This document shows positions 17,712-27,493 of a stretch of DNA of 64,000 nucleotides, piece by piece. Below the pieces are notes generated by a model. The model saw nothing but the letters and a program-made list of their open reading frames with translations. It was not told where the DNA came from and searched no databases. Position 1 is the stretch's first letter. Each line of letters starts with the position of its first letter. A program made the position numbers and the translations under genes. Origin of the DNA: Thermodesulfobacteriota bacterium (GTDB lineage: Bacteria > Desulfobacterota_D > UBA1144 > Nemesobacterales > Nemesobacteraceae); contig OZ220700.1 in assembly GCA_965116725.1 (NCBI GenBank), positions 564,923 to 628,922 of the forward strand, given 5' to 3'.

Positions 17712-19013
17712 ATGAAAATCCCCCAAGGCTTTGAACGAGCCATAAACTTCAGTCTTCTGGATTCCATATTCTCAAGAAGATCGCGCCGTTTCGGCCTCGG
17801 GATGGAAATTCCCGAGGGAAATCTGGCTTACAGTTCCGCTCATGACCCGGTCCCTCTCTCCGAACTTGAAGAAGCTTTTTTGATCTGGGCGGGCACGGGA
17901 ACCACGGGTCTCTCCCTGGGGGACCTTCCGAGAACCGGCATATCGTGGCTTTTCCAGTGGACCGGCAGAAGCTGGCCGTGCTCCTGCAACTCTCATTCGA
18001 CCGAACTTTTCTACACAAACGACGAAGGCGTTTACATGGTGCGGCTTTTTGACCTCATGCCCCCCGACACCTCCATCTTCATGTCGCTTGACAGGGAAAA
18101 GCAGCTTGAAAAAATAGTCGAGCTTTTCAGGGCAAGCAGAATTACCCTTGAGAACCAAAGAGCCGATCTCCCGAAGGGAGAACCCGGCCTTTTCGACTTT
18201 AACGCATGGAATACAAACAAGCCGGGAACGACTTTCTTTATCCCGGTAACCAATACCACAGTCGAGTACATGGTGCTTCTGTTCATATACTTCGGAGCCA
18301 AGTACGGATTTAACATTATTGACGAACTCAACGGGGGAAGATCGTGCGGTCTTGATAAGTGGATAGAGAAAGGCTACATAAGAAACGACGTCAGGCTTTC
18401 CCTGTTTGACCTGGAATTAAGGGTGCTGACCACGCTTAACGTGGAACAGGCCTTTATAAGCCAGAACATGAATCTCGCGTTGCAGGCATTGGGTCTCGGA
18501 GGCTGGACTTTCACCGGACTGCTTCCCCATTACGCGCTCGGGGTCGATCCTTCCCACAAAGGGCTCGGATTCCGGTTCGTCCAGCCGGAGGAAAGCCTCA
18601 GGAGCACAAACCCGCCTTATCCCGTCGGAAGGGACGGAGTTTTCGAATCCCTCTGCCCTCCCTATGTGGCGGACATGAGCGAAGCCGTCGACAGGTTTCT
18701 AGAGGTAAGGGGACAATTCTGGAAGGAGGACAATCCGTTCCCCTACAGAGATCCCGCGTCGATCCTGCGTGACGAATACCATCCTTCCGAAGTCAGAATA
18801 CAGATAGTAAAGGATTTCTGCACCTACGTTTATGAGAACTATGGAAGATTTCCGGCTTTTCTGGACCCGATGTTCGTACGGCTGGTATTTCAGGCCCACC
18901 ACCTTGATCTTGAATTCTACGATAAGTATTTCGAGAAAGATTCATACCACGACCTGCACAGAGAACACTTCAAGCTCTGGCATCCGGAAATTGAGGACCC
19001 TTTCGGGAAATAG
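17712..19013 (+). CDS. Large nitroreductase-fold family protein (433 aa), function unknown
   Basis: N-terminal RRSRRFG. LGLGGW near residue 250 resembles the nitroreductase GLGS/C dimer-interface motif. Roughly twice the size of canonical nitroreductases. Immediately downstream of the Fur-family gene on the same strand. Confidence 0.4.
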   Translation: MKIPQGFERAINFSLLDSIFSRRSRRFGLGMEIPEGNLAYSSAHDPVPLSELEEAFLIWAGTGTTGLSLGDLPRTGISWLFQWTGRSWPCSCNSHSTELFYTNDEGVYMVRLFDLMPPDTSIFMSLDREKQLEKIVELFRASRITLENQRADLPKGEPGLFDFNAWNTNKPGTTFFIPVTNTTVEYMVLLFIYFGAKYGFNIIDELNGGRSCGLDKWIEKGYIRNDVRLSLFDLELRVLTTLNVEQAFISQNMNLALQALGLGGWTFTGLLPHYALGVDPSHKGLGFRFVQPEESLRSTNPPYPVGRDGVFESLCPPYVADMSEAVDRFLEVRGQFWKEDNPFPYRDPASILRDEYHPSEVRIQIVKDFCTYVYENYGRFPAFLDPMFVRLVFQAHHLDLEFYDKYFEKDSYHDLHREHFKLWHPEIEDPFGK

Positions 19014-19040
19014 GTCGCAGTTAACACAGGCAGCCTTCGC

Positions 19041-19610
19041 TCAGGATTTCGCCCTTTCGAGATAGTTCCCGTTTCTCGTATCGACTTTTATCATGTCCCC
19101 GATGTTGATAAAAAGAGGGACGGCCACCACTGCTCCGGTTTCTATGGTCGCCGGTTTCGTGGTACTTGAAACCGTATCTCCCTTCACTCCAGGTTCCGTG
19201 TGGGTAACCTCGAAGACAACGGCCGTGGGAAGCTCCACTCCTATGAGTTCTCCTTCATGCATCTGCACCGTGACTTCCTGCTGTTCCTTGAGAAACTTCG
19301 TCGTATCCCCTATTGCATCCGCCCTGAAAGGAAACTGGTCGAAAGTCTCGGAATCCATAAAGTAAAACATCTCATCGTCCCTGTAGAGATACTGCATGGT
19401 TCTTTTCTGGATATCGGGAACGTTAAACGTGTCTCCCGCGCGGAATTTCATTTCCCGTACGGCTCCCGTGGCGATATTCTTAAGTCTCGCCGTAACTATC
19501 GGGCTTCTCTGCGCCATCTTTGAATGCTTGTACTCGACTATCTCCCAGATCGCCCCTTCGGTCTCAATCTTCATACCCTTGTGAAAACCACTTGTGTCGA
19601 CAACAGCCAT
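19041..19610 (-). CDS. efp: Elongation factor P
   Basis: 189 aa. KPGKG-equivalent loop (HSKMAQRSP). Three-domain EF-P pattern in the typical order. Confidence 0.9.
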   Translation of the reverse strand: MAVVDTSGFHKGMKIETEGAIWEIVEYKHSKMAQRSPIVTARLKNIATGAVREMKFRAGDTFNVPDIQKRTMQYLYRDDEMFYFMDSETFDQFPFRADAIGDTTKFLKEQQEVTVQMHEGELIGVELPTAVVFEVTHTEPGVKGDTVSSTTKPATIETGAVVAVPLFINIGDMIKVDTRNGNYLERAKS

Positions 19611-19698
19611 TTCGGACTCGGTCCTCCTTTATGAATTTGCAAAAAGTAATTTTTCTCGGAAATTCTCGCTTGCCATCACCATGTATCAACCTTAAGAA

Positions 19699-21501
19699 TC
19701 AGGTTCTCTTAAACATCTTTTCAAGCATATTGTACGATATCCGGGTCGCTACCGGCCGGCCGTGAGGGCAGGCGTGCGGATTCTGAGAAGCGTCCATATC
19801 GGCAAAAAGAGTCCGCGCTTCCTGCTCCGAGAGGGTTCGGTTTGCAGTTATCGAACTGTGGCATGCCATGGTCGCACACACAGCGTCAAGATGCTCCTCC
19901 AAGCTCTTGGGGTCGCCCAGACCGTCAAGCTCATCAAACAGGTCGCCGAAAACCCGGGCGTAATCAGAGTCTCTTAAAAACCCCGGGACGGATTTCACTC
20001 TCACCGCGTTTTCCCCGAAAACTTCAAAATCAAAGCCAAGCTTCTCCATTTCTTCTGCAAACTGCTGCGCCGTATTGATTTCCCGGACCGTAAGTTCGAC
20101 GACTTCGGGGATGAGAAGTTTCTGGGAGCAGGAAAAAGCTTCTTCGAGATAGGATTTTTTTATTCTCTCGAAGTTAACCCGCTCATGGGCCGCGTGCTGG
20201 TCAATAAGAATGATGCCGTCCGGGTCTTCGCATACGAGATAAAGTTTTCCTACCTGTCCGAGAAACCTGAGGTTTGAATAGAAGCCACCAGAGAACATAT
20301 CCTCTCCTGTCGCCTCTCGAGATTTCTCAGATATAGAGGAGGCACCGTTGTGAGGGTGTGGAGACCCCAACTCAGGATTGTGAGCGGCCTGGGTGGAAGC
20401 TGCTTTTGGCGAAGGCCCTGTGGCGGAGTAACCCCTGTTCCCGGAAAGTGCGGGATCTTTTTGCTTCTCGTAGAAATCTTCAAGGGCCTTCTGGGTTCTT
20501 TCCCTGTAGGCCTTCATCCAAGGGGCATCGGCAAGCATGCCGCCTATCGCGCGGCGAATGCTCTGGCCAACTTCGTACTGGCTCTCGAACATCACCTCGC
20601 TTTTGGTAGGATGTACGTTCACGTCCACCAAGGCGGGATCCCTTTCAATAAAGACCGCCCCTTGGGGGTATTTCCCCTTTTCAACCATCCTTCCGTAGCA
20701 CTCCATTATAATCCTGTTTATAAAACGGTCCCTTACGGGTCTTGCATTCACGTAAGTAAAGAGCCTGCGCATCGAGGAGCGTGGATCCAGAGGACTTCCT
20801 AGGAAACCCCGCAGGGCCAGCGTCTCGTCTTCAAAGTCCACAGGGTAAAGCGGCGTGCCGGGAATTATCTGCGCTACGCGCTGCGCAAACGACTCGCTTG
20901 CGCCGTAGCGATGGATGGTTCTTCCATCCGAGGAGACCTCAAAAGATACCCCGGGGCGTGAAAGGGCCTCGCGCTGGATAACTTCAAGAACCCTGCCGAA
21001 CTCGGTCTCCGGCCTTTTGAGAAATTTAAGCCGCGGCGGGGTGTTGAAAAACAGGTTCTTAACCTCAATGGACGAACCCACGGGAGACGCAGTATCCTTT
21101 ATCTTCCTTACGACTCCGCCTTCAATGTAGATTTCGGTACCGGATCCTGAACCTTCGGCGGCAGTTATCATTCTGAACCTTGAAACGCTGGCTATGCTCG
21201 GAAGGGCCTCGCCGCGAAAACCGAGAGTTCCTATCGAGAAAAGATCATCAATGTCCCTTATCTTGCTCGTGGCGTGACGTTCAATGCTCATGAGGGCATC
21301 GTCACGGGACATCCCGTGGCCGTTATCGACCACCCTTACTAGCCGCTTGCCCCCGGCTTCAAGGTGTATGGATATTCTGGTTGCCCCGGCGTCAATTGAG
21401 TTTTCAACAAGCTCTTTTACTACGGAAGCTGGTCTCTCGACTATTTCTCCGGCGGCTATTTTAGAGACAAGTACATCCGGAAGTGTTCTGATTCTTGCCA
21501 T
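19699..21501 (-). CDS. mutL: DNA mismatch repair protein MutL
   Basis: N-terminal GHKL ATPase motifs (VKELVENSIDAGA, DNGHGM, GFRGEALPSI) and C-terminal dimerisation domain. 600 aa. Confidence 0.9.
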   Translation of the reverse strand: MARIRTLPDVLVSKIAAGEIVERPASVVKELVENSIDAGATRISIHLEAGGKRLVRVVDNGHGMSRDDALMSIERHATSKIRDIDDLFSIGTLGFRGEALPSIASVSRFRMITAAEGSGSGTEIYIEGGVVRKIKDTASPVGSSIEVKNLFFNTPPRLKFLKRPETEFGRVLEVIQREALSRPGVSFEVSSDGRTIHRYGASESFAQRVAQIIPGTPLYPVDFEDETLALRGFLGSPLDPRSSMRRLFTYVNARPVRDRFINRIIMECYGRMVEKGKYPQGAVFIERDPALVDVNVHPTKSEVMFESQYEVGQSIRRAIGGMLADAPWMKAYRERTQKALEDFYEKQKDPALSGNRGYSATGPSPKAASTQAAHNPELGSPHPHNGASSISEKSREATGEDMFSGGFYSNLRFLGQVGKLYLVCEDPDGIILIDQHAAHERVNFERIKKSYLEEAFSCSQKLLIPEVVELTVREINTAQQFAEEMEKLGFDFEVFGENAVRVKSVPGFLRDSDYARVFGDLFDELDGLGDPKSLEEHLDAVCATMACHSSITANRTLSEQEARTLFADMDASQNPHACPHGRPVATRISYNMLEKMFKRT

Positions 21502-21659
21502 TAATACCTTAGAAAAGCTTAAGCAGAATAAACAGGATGAGTATGGTCAGAGGCAAAATGACCGCGGCAACCGAGAAGAAGGAAAAAGCCGAGAGGGTTT
21601 TCTTCGGATGCGTCCCGAAAACATCCCGCGACTGTTCTTCCACTACACCGAAATACTTT

Positions 21660-21998
21660 TTAAACATCTTTATCTTCCCCGGATGGCGTCGGGGGCGTCT
21701 TCTCCGCTCTTGCCTTATTAAGCGATTTAACCAGAGATTCGACCGAGACCGCCGGAAGAGTTACCAGCTCGACCGTTCCCCTTGAGCAGAGGTCAACCGA
21801 GACCTTCCCTATGGTCTCATTATCGGGTGCTTCCACTATGTTCACAAAATCGTATCTTCCCAGGGTCGCATACTGCTCAAGAACCCTGACCCCTATGTCC
21901 TCAAGCTCCTTGTCGACTTCCTTTATTCTCCCGGGCCGCTCCTTAACGGTTTTTCTGCCCTCGGGGGTAAGTCTGCTGAGTAATATGTAAATTGCCAT
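21660..21998 (-). CDS. GYD-domain protein
   Basis: 112 aa. MAIYILLSRLTPEG...GRYDFV pattern characteristic of the GYD family. Confidence 0.5.
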   Translation of the reverse strand: MAIYILLSRLTPEGRKTVKERPGRIKEVDKELEDIGVRVLEQYATLGRYDFVNIVEAPDNETIGKVSVDLCSRGTVELVTLPAVSVESLVKSLNKARAEKTPPTPSGEDKDV

Positions 21999-22181
21999 TG
22001 AAAAAACCCGCTGTTTCTATGAGTTGCGACGAATCGCGCGCCGAGAAAATCCCTAGCTGCCAACCAGCCGTTCTAGATTTATAACTTTTTTGAAAGATAT
22101 CTCAAGAAAAAAAAGCCCTCCTCCAGAACTTCCATAACAAAAACTCTTCGGTATATTACTATAAATATTTTTTAAGACCTG

Positions 22182-23465
22182 ATGAAAAGCATAATTCACG
22201 CCGCGACAATCACGCTTGCCCTTCTGCTTTTTCCGCTTCTTCTCTCTCCCCGAGCGGAGGTCGCTTATGCGCAGCAGCCAAACCCTCGGGAAGATCTCAC
22301 CGTAACGGACTACTCGTGGAAATCCTACGGAGTGGGGCGTATGGCAACGCTTTCAGAAATAACCGTCGCAAATTCCGGCAGAACCAACTACAAGAACATC
22401 AAAATCAGGATTGATCTGTTTACAAGAACCGGCAAGCTCCTGGGCTCGCTTCACGGAAAGATACACGAGGATCTGCCCGCAGGAAGCCGAAAAACCTTCT
22501 CCAACTTGGATCTGGGATTCATGAACTCGGATCTTGAAGACTCCGAGGCGATGGTGACTGGCGCCGAGGTGTCGGGAAGTTCTTCGTCTGCGGGTGCCGA
22601 GAACGTGATTTTCATAAAGAACTGGGAGTTTGAAGGTGCGAGCTTCGGAACGGAGGGTTTCATAACGGAAATCACCCTTGAGAACACAGGAAGAACCCAT
22701 TTTAAGAACATAAAACTGCTTTTAACGGAAAAAGAGGGCGGAACCGGACCGGGCAGCACTCACCTGTCCTCGGTGACGATACACAACGTACTTCCCGCCG
22801 GAGAGGAAAGAACTTTTACGGGGATAAACGTCGGTTTCTCGAGTCCGAAAGCTGTTGAAAGATCTATTGCCGTCTCTGGAGCCGAGGTGATAACGACAAA
22901 GGAACTCAATTACATCCTTTCCGGCGGGGGAAGCCTTGGGGAGAGGATAAAGAAAAAAATCACTTCCGTTAGCATACTAAGAAAAAAAGACGGGGAGAAG
23001 AAAGCCGAACCGCGCCGGGAAGCACCATCCTCGGATGAATCCGAAAGCGCTTACGAAAGCGGAACCGAAATCGTCCCTCCTCCGGCCAGTTCGGTCGGCT
23101 CTACCGGTTCGGTCGCAGACAGGAACACGGAATTTCCCCAGGAACAGCCCAGAGAAGCTTTCCCCAAACACGATATAGTAATAAGGGAGTTTGAATGGGG
23201 AAGCGGGATCCCCGGGGCGACCGCGACGCTCAGCAAGCTAGTCATTGAGAACATAAGCGACATTGCTTACGAGAAAATAGTGCTTGAAATAGAGTTTTTC
23301 AAATCCTCGAACACCCCTTTCGGATCAAACCGCTTCAAGATAAAAAAAGTCCTGGCTCCGAAACAGGTGATGTGGCTCAGGAATGTTCAGGTCGGATTTA
23401 TAAGCAAGCTTCCCGACCCGAATCTTATAAAACTCAGAGTGGTAAAAGCAAAAGCGATCATGTAG
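22182..23465 (+). CDS. Secreted protein built from three homologous ~95-aa repeats separated by an acidic/Ser-rich linker
   Basis: Signal peptide (LLLFPLLLSPRAEVAYAQQ). Three internal repeats share a core: LSEITVANSGRTNYKNIKIRIDLF, ITEITLENTGRTHFKNIKLLLTEK and LSKLVIENISDIAYEKIVLEIEFF. No known family recognised. Confidence 0.55.
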   Translation: MKSIIHAATITLALLLFPLLLSPRAEVAYAQQPNPREDLTVTDYSWKSYGVGRMATLSEITVANSGRTNYKNIKIRIDLFTRTGKLLGSLHGKIHEDLPAGSRKTFSNLDLGFMNSDLEDSEAMVTGAEVSGSSSSAGAENVIFIKNWEFEGASFGTEGFITEITLENTGRTHFKNIKLLLTEKEGGTGPGSTHLSSVTIHNVLPAGEERTFTGINVGFSSPKAVERSIAVSGAEVITTKELNYILSGGGSLGERIKKKITSVSILRKKDGEKKAEPRREAPSSDESESAYESGTEIVPPPASSVGSTGSVADRNTEFPQEQPREAFPKHDIVIREFEWGSGIPGATATLSKLVIENISDIAYEKIVLEIEFFKSSNTPFGSNRFKIKKVLAPKQVMWLRNVQVGFISKLPDPNLIKLRVVKAKAIM

Positions 23466-23518
23466 ATGATCTTAAAGCTTGTGCCAAGATGGGGAGGGAT
23501 TAAATCCTGGGGATTTCT

Positions 23519-23740
23519 CTAGTTTCCAACCAGCTCGAGGGATTGGTTTATCGTTTCGACCAGCTTGTCTCTGAACTGCTCTATTCCTTCAAAGGGAACG
23601 ACTATGCTTGAGCGGCCGCCGCTTAGTTCGGTAATCCTAAGGTACTGACCCTTGTGATTTTCCTTGACGTCAAAGAAAAACCTTTTGGATTCAATATCAA
23701 CGTGGTTACTTACATGCTCCTTTTCTGTCCTTTCTTCCAT
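23519..23740 (-). CDS. PUR-alpha-like nucleic-acid-binding protein (DUF3276-type)
   Basis: 73 aa. KRFFFDVKENHKGQYLRITE resembles the single PUR repeat of bacterial DUF3276 proteins. Confidence 0.45.
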   Translation of the reverse strand: MEERTEKEHVSNHVDIESKRFFFDVKENHKGQYLRITELSGGRSSIVVPFEGIEQFRDKLVETINQSLELVGN

Positions 23741-23872
23741 CTAATTCCGCCTCCTAGAAAAATTTATTGGAACAATTATTGAGGCATGATGATAACCCCT
23801 GAAAAGTAAAAAGCAAACATTTCTTTTATAGCCTCGCAAATACGGATATATTCAGGGAGAAAACCCGCAAAA

Positions 23873-24304
23873 ATGGCAAGAATAAAAATAAACCTACCGA
23901 GCAGATTCGTCTTTTCAACGCAAATTCCGATAAGAATAGACGACATAAATTACGGTTCTCATCTTGGACACGACTCGGTGTTAACCCTCGCACACGAGGC
24001 CCGCGTAAGATTCCTCGCGGCACACGGCTACACTGAAGCCGATATAGAGGGAGTGGGAATTATAATGGGAGACGTCGGAATCACCTACAGTTCGGAAGCG
24101 TTTTACGGGGACGTAATGGAAATAAGCATCGGCATCGGCGAGTATGGCAACAATTTTCTCGAACTTATCTACGCACTGGTGAACGAAAAAACCGGCAAGG
24201 AGGTCGCCAAGGTCAAGACCTCTCTCGTATTTTTTAACTACAAAGAGAGGAAAACCGTACGGATGCCGGAGGAATTCCGAAGGAAAATCATCCCCGGAAA
24301 ATAA
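23873..24304 (+). CDS. Hotdog-fold acyl-CoA thioesterase (4HBT/YbgC-like)
   Basis: 143 aa. Resembles 4HBT-type thioesterases. Confidence 0.55.
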   Translation: MARIKINLPSRFVFSTQIPIRIDDINYGSHLGHDSVLTLAHEARVRFLAAHGYTEADIEGVGIIMGDVGITYSSEAFYGDVMEISIGIGEYGNNFLELIYALVNEKTGKEVAKVKTSLVFFNYKERKTVRMPEEFRRKIIPGK

Positions 24305-24321
24305 TCACCGATAGTTACCCG

Positions 24322-25791
24322 CTACTGTTTGTTTTTGGGAGCGTAGCCGATGTAAATCGTGTTTTTACGTTTCTTCACCAGGAAGAGATACTGCTTTCCG
24401 GGTTTCAGGCCGCTTATGATTTTGTTGTAGTCCCCGAGGTTCGCCACGGGGTTCTTGTCAACCTCAAGTATCACGTCCCCAGGACGAAATCCCGCCTCCC
24501 AGGCCGAGCTGCCACGGTTTACGTTCGTAACCAGCACCCCGGCTTTATCCTCAACGCCGAACCGCGCGGCGATATCCGGGGTGATGTCACTCAATTCAAT
24601 ATCTTCGTCCCGCCGGGACTCCGCAGGGGCCTCATCATCCGGCATCTCGCCGAGAACAACGGAAATCTCCTCGCGCTTCCCGTCGCGGAGAACCGTGATT
24701 TTAGAGGAAGTGCCGGGAGCTTTCATTCCCACGAGTTTGGATAAAGACGTAAACTCCTTTATGGGCTCTCCGTCAAATTTCACTACCACGTCTCCTCTCC
24801 GCAGACCTGCTTTCTCCGCGGGGCTCCCCGGGCTTATATCGGATATAAGAGCCCCGTCGGTGCTCTCATGCCCCATGCTCTCGGCTATCTCCTGCGTTAT
24901 AGGCTGAATAACGACTCCCAGCCAACCCCTGACCACCTTGCCTTTTTCCATGAGCTGGGATATGACCCCCTTGGCCATGTTGGTTGGGATAGAAAACCCT
25001 ATTCCCTGGCCTCTGGACGCTATTGCGGTGTTAACACCAACCACATCCCCTCCCAGGTTAAAAAGCGGACCTCCGCTGTTTCCGGGGTTGAGGGACGCAT
25101 CGGTCTGAATGAAATCATCGTAGGCCCCGAGACCCAGAGACCTTCCCTTCGCGCTCACTATTCCGACCGTCACGGTGTAGCCGAGTCCGAAGGGATTTCC
25201 AATCGCCATGACCCAGTCGCCGATTCTAAGCCTGTCCGAATCTCCGAAAACAACGGGCTTCAGCTTTTTTTCAGGCTTTATCTTCAGAACCGCAAGGTCC
25301 GTTTTGGTGTCTTGTCCCACAATCTCGGCCGTATACCTCGACCCGTCATAGAGAACGACCTGTATATCTTCTGCCCTGCTGATCACATGGTTGTTGGTAA
25401 CTATGTAGCCGTCTTTGCTGACTATGAACCCGGAGCCCAGGCCCTTTTTCCTGAACTCCCGTTCCCGGTCATTCGGAAAAAATCTCTTGAAAAACTCCTC
25501 GAAAGGGTCCCCTTCGCCGAAATCAGGAAGAACCTTTCCCCGCTTTACGACACTCGTGGTGCTTATGTTCACGACAGAATGCTTTTGTTTCTCGACAAGA
25601 CCCGCAAGGGAGGGAAATTTTACAGAAGAGCCGGAAGAAGAAAGAAGTTCCGGGACGCTTTCCCGCGACAGGGAACCAGAGTTCTCTTCGTCATCCTCCA
25701 TCTTAGCGCACGAAAGTGAACCCGCAAGTAAAAAACAGGCAGCAAAAAACAGGAAAACAGTTCTCTTCATAGTTAAAGCCTCCAGCTTCAT
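24322..25791 (-). CDS. htrA: Periplasmic serine endoprotease DegP/HtrA with two PDZ domains
   Basis: Signal peptide. Trypsin-like catalytic triad context (TNNHV, DLAVLKI, GNSGGPL). Two C-terminal PDZ-like segments. Confidence 0.85.
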   Translation of the reverse strand: MKLEALTMKRTVFLFFAACFLLAGSLSCAKMEDDEENSGSLSRESVPELLSSSGSSVKFPSLAGLVEKQKHSVVNISTTSVVKRGKVLPDFGEGDPFEEFFKRFFPNDREREFRKKGLGSGFIVSKDGYIVTNNHVISRAEDIQVVLYDGSRYTAEIVGQDTKTDLAVLKIKPEKKLKPVVFGDSDRLRIGDWVMAIGNPFGLGYTVTVGIVSAKGRSLGLGAYDDFIQTDASLNPGNSGGPLFNLGGDVVGVNTAIASRGQGIGFSIPTNMAKGVISQLMEKGKVVRGWLGVVIQPITQEIAESMGHESTDGALISDISPGSPAEKAGLRRGDVVVKFDGEPIKEFTSLSKLVGMKAPGTSSKITVLRDGKREEISVVLGEMPDDEAPAESRRDEDIELSDITPDIAARFGVEDKAGVLVTNVNRGSSAWEAGFRPGDVILEVDKNPVANLGDYNKIISGLKPGKQYLFLVKKRKNTIYIGYAPKNKQ

Positions 25792-25836
25792 TTGAGCATC
25801 CCAATTACTTTATCAGCAACTTCTGAGACACTCATA

Positions 25837-26301
25837 TCATCCGTAGAGAACAACATGCGGCGAGAGTTCGTAAATATCCTTTCTTTTCATGAAAAGCTCA
25901 TGGAACTCAGCCCTAGGGTCTTTGACGTCGAGAAGGGGCCTTCCCTTCTTGCTCCTCACCCTGTTCCAAAGGGTATCGATATCCGCCCGCAGATAGAAGA
26001 CCTCACCCGAGGCCTCCATTATTTCGCGATTCTGCTGCCGCAGAACCGCACCTCCCCCCGTTGAGATCACTGCCGGGGGTGTTTTCTGCGAAAGGACGGC
26101 GAGCATCTCAGTTTCCTTCTGCCTGAAGCTCTCCTCTCCCTCCGCTTGAAAGATCTCGGATACTGAAAGACCTTCGGCCCGTTCCACTTCACTGTCAAGA
26201 TCGTAGAAATCCATTCGCAGTTTTCCGGAAAGCTTCCTGCCGACGCTTGTTTTGCCCGCTCCCATAAACCCCGTAAGAAAAATATGTCGTTTCTCGCTCA
26301 A
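25837..26301 (-). CDS. aroK: Shikimate kinase
   Basis: 154 aa. Walker A (GFMGAGKTSVG) and shikimate kinase spacing. Confidence 0.85.
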   Translation of the reverse strand: MSEKRHIFLTGFMGAGKTSVGRKLSGKLRMDFYDLDSEVERAEGLSVSEIFQAEGEESFRQKETEMLAVLSQKTPPAVISTGGGAVLRQQNREIMEASGEVFYLRADIDTLWNRVRSKKGRPLLDVKDPRAEFHELFMKRKDIYELSPHVVLYG

Positions 26302-26307
26302 ATCAAC

Positions 26308-26940
26308 CTACAACTTTCTTCCGACGGGAGAACCCTCGGCAGGGGGGTTTGCGCCGGAGAGCATTTTCTCAACGTACTTGCCTATTATGTCGCACTCTAT
26401 ATTGACTTCCCTGCCACGGCGAAATTCGGAAAAAGTCGTCTCCCGAAGCGTGTAGGGAATTATGTTCACCGAAAACTCAGTGTCTTTTACCGAATTGACG
26501 GTGAGACTTACGCCGTCAACAGCAACCGATCCTTTCTCGACCACATATTTCGCAAGCGATGCGGGAATCGAGAAGGAAAAGACCTTGGATTCTCCTACCG
26601 GAGTAATGGACTGAACTACTCCGACTCCGTCCACGTGGCCTGTGACGATATGCCCGCCCATCCTGTCTCCGACCCGAAGAGATCTCTCGAGATTCACTCC
26701 GCTTCCTGTCCGGAGGCCGGAGAGGTTTGTCCTGGAAAGCGTTTCGTGGGATGCGTCAACGGAAAAACTCCCGTCTCCAGCAGAAACCACCGTAAGGCAT
26801 ACGCCGTTTACGGCCATGCTCTCTCCCAGATCCAGTTCCCCGGCATCGATATTCCGAACCCCGATTCTTAAAAGAACGCCCTTGTCCTTTTTCTCAAGCG
26901 CCTGGACCGCTCCAATGTCTTCAACTATACCGCTAAACAT
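26308..26940 (-). CDS. ribE: Riboflavin synthase (alpha chain)
   Basis: MFSGIVEDIG start and duplicated lumazine-binding half-barrels (NGVCLTV, DGVSLTV). Confidence 0.8.
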   Translation of the reverse strand: MFSGIVEDIGAVQALEKKDKGVLLRIGVRNIDAGELDLGESMAVNGVCLTVVSAGDGSFSVDASHETLSRTNLSGLRTGSGVNLERSLRVGDRMGGHIVTGHVDGVGVVQSITPVGESKVFSFSIPASLAKYVVEKGSVAVDGVSLTVNSVKDTEFSVNIIPYTLRETTFSEFRRGREVNIECDIIGKYVEKMLSGANPPAEGSPVGRKL

Positions 26941-27471
26941 TTAATTCTCCTTGCCCCGCCCCAGGACTCCGGAAACCAGGATCGAAATCGCCCCGACCGT
27001 GATCGCAGAGTCGGCTACGTTAAAAGGAGGCCAGAGCAGGTCCGGGTTCCCCGGCCAGTAAACTGCAATAAAATCGGTTACGTATCCGTAGGCAAACCTG
27101 TCTATTGAGTTTCCGATAGCTCCCCCCAGCACAAAAGCAAGCGCATATCGAAAAACTCTCTGCTCCTCTTCAAGTCTTCGGAGAAAGAAAAAAATCGCGA
27201 TCAGCACCAAAACGAAAATAACTATGTAAAAGTAAAGCCTTATATCTTCAGACATGTTCCTTAACATGCCAAACGCGATTCCAGGATTTCGCAAGTGCGT
27301 TATATCGAACCACGAAAACACGTTTATCCTCGATAGAAACGGCACGTGGGCCTTAACGAGCCACTTGGTCAGCTGGTCAAGCAATACTACCAGAAAAGAT
27401 ATAATGAATACGCTTAGATAGTTTCTCATGAAAAAAACAAGGAATCCCGACCCCGAAAGAAAATCCCGCAA
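26941..27471 (-). CDS. lspA: Lipoprotein signal peptidase II
   Basis: 176 aa four-TM protein with LspA motifs (NPGIAFG, FNVADSAI). Confidence 0.85.
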   Translation of the reverse strand: MRDFLSGSGFLVFFMRNYLSVFIISFLVVLLDQLTKWLVKAHVPFLSRINVFSWFDITHLRNPGIAFGMLRNMSEDIRLYFYIVIFVLVLIAIFFFLRRLEEEQRVFRYALAFVLGGAIGNSIDRFAYGYVTDFIAVYWPGNPDLLWPPFNVADSAITVGAISILVSGVLGRGKEN

Positions 27472-27493
27472 ACTCCCGGCAGATGGTTAAGCC

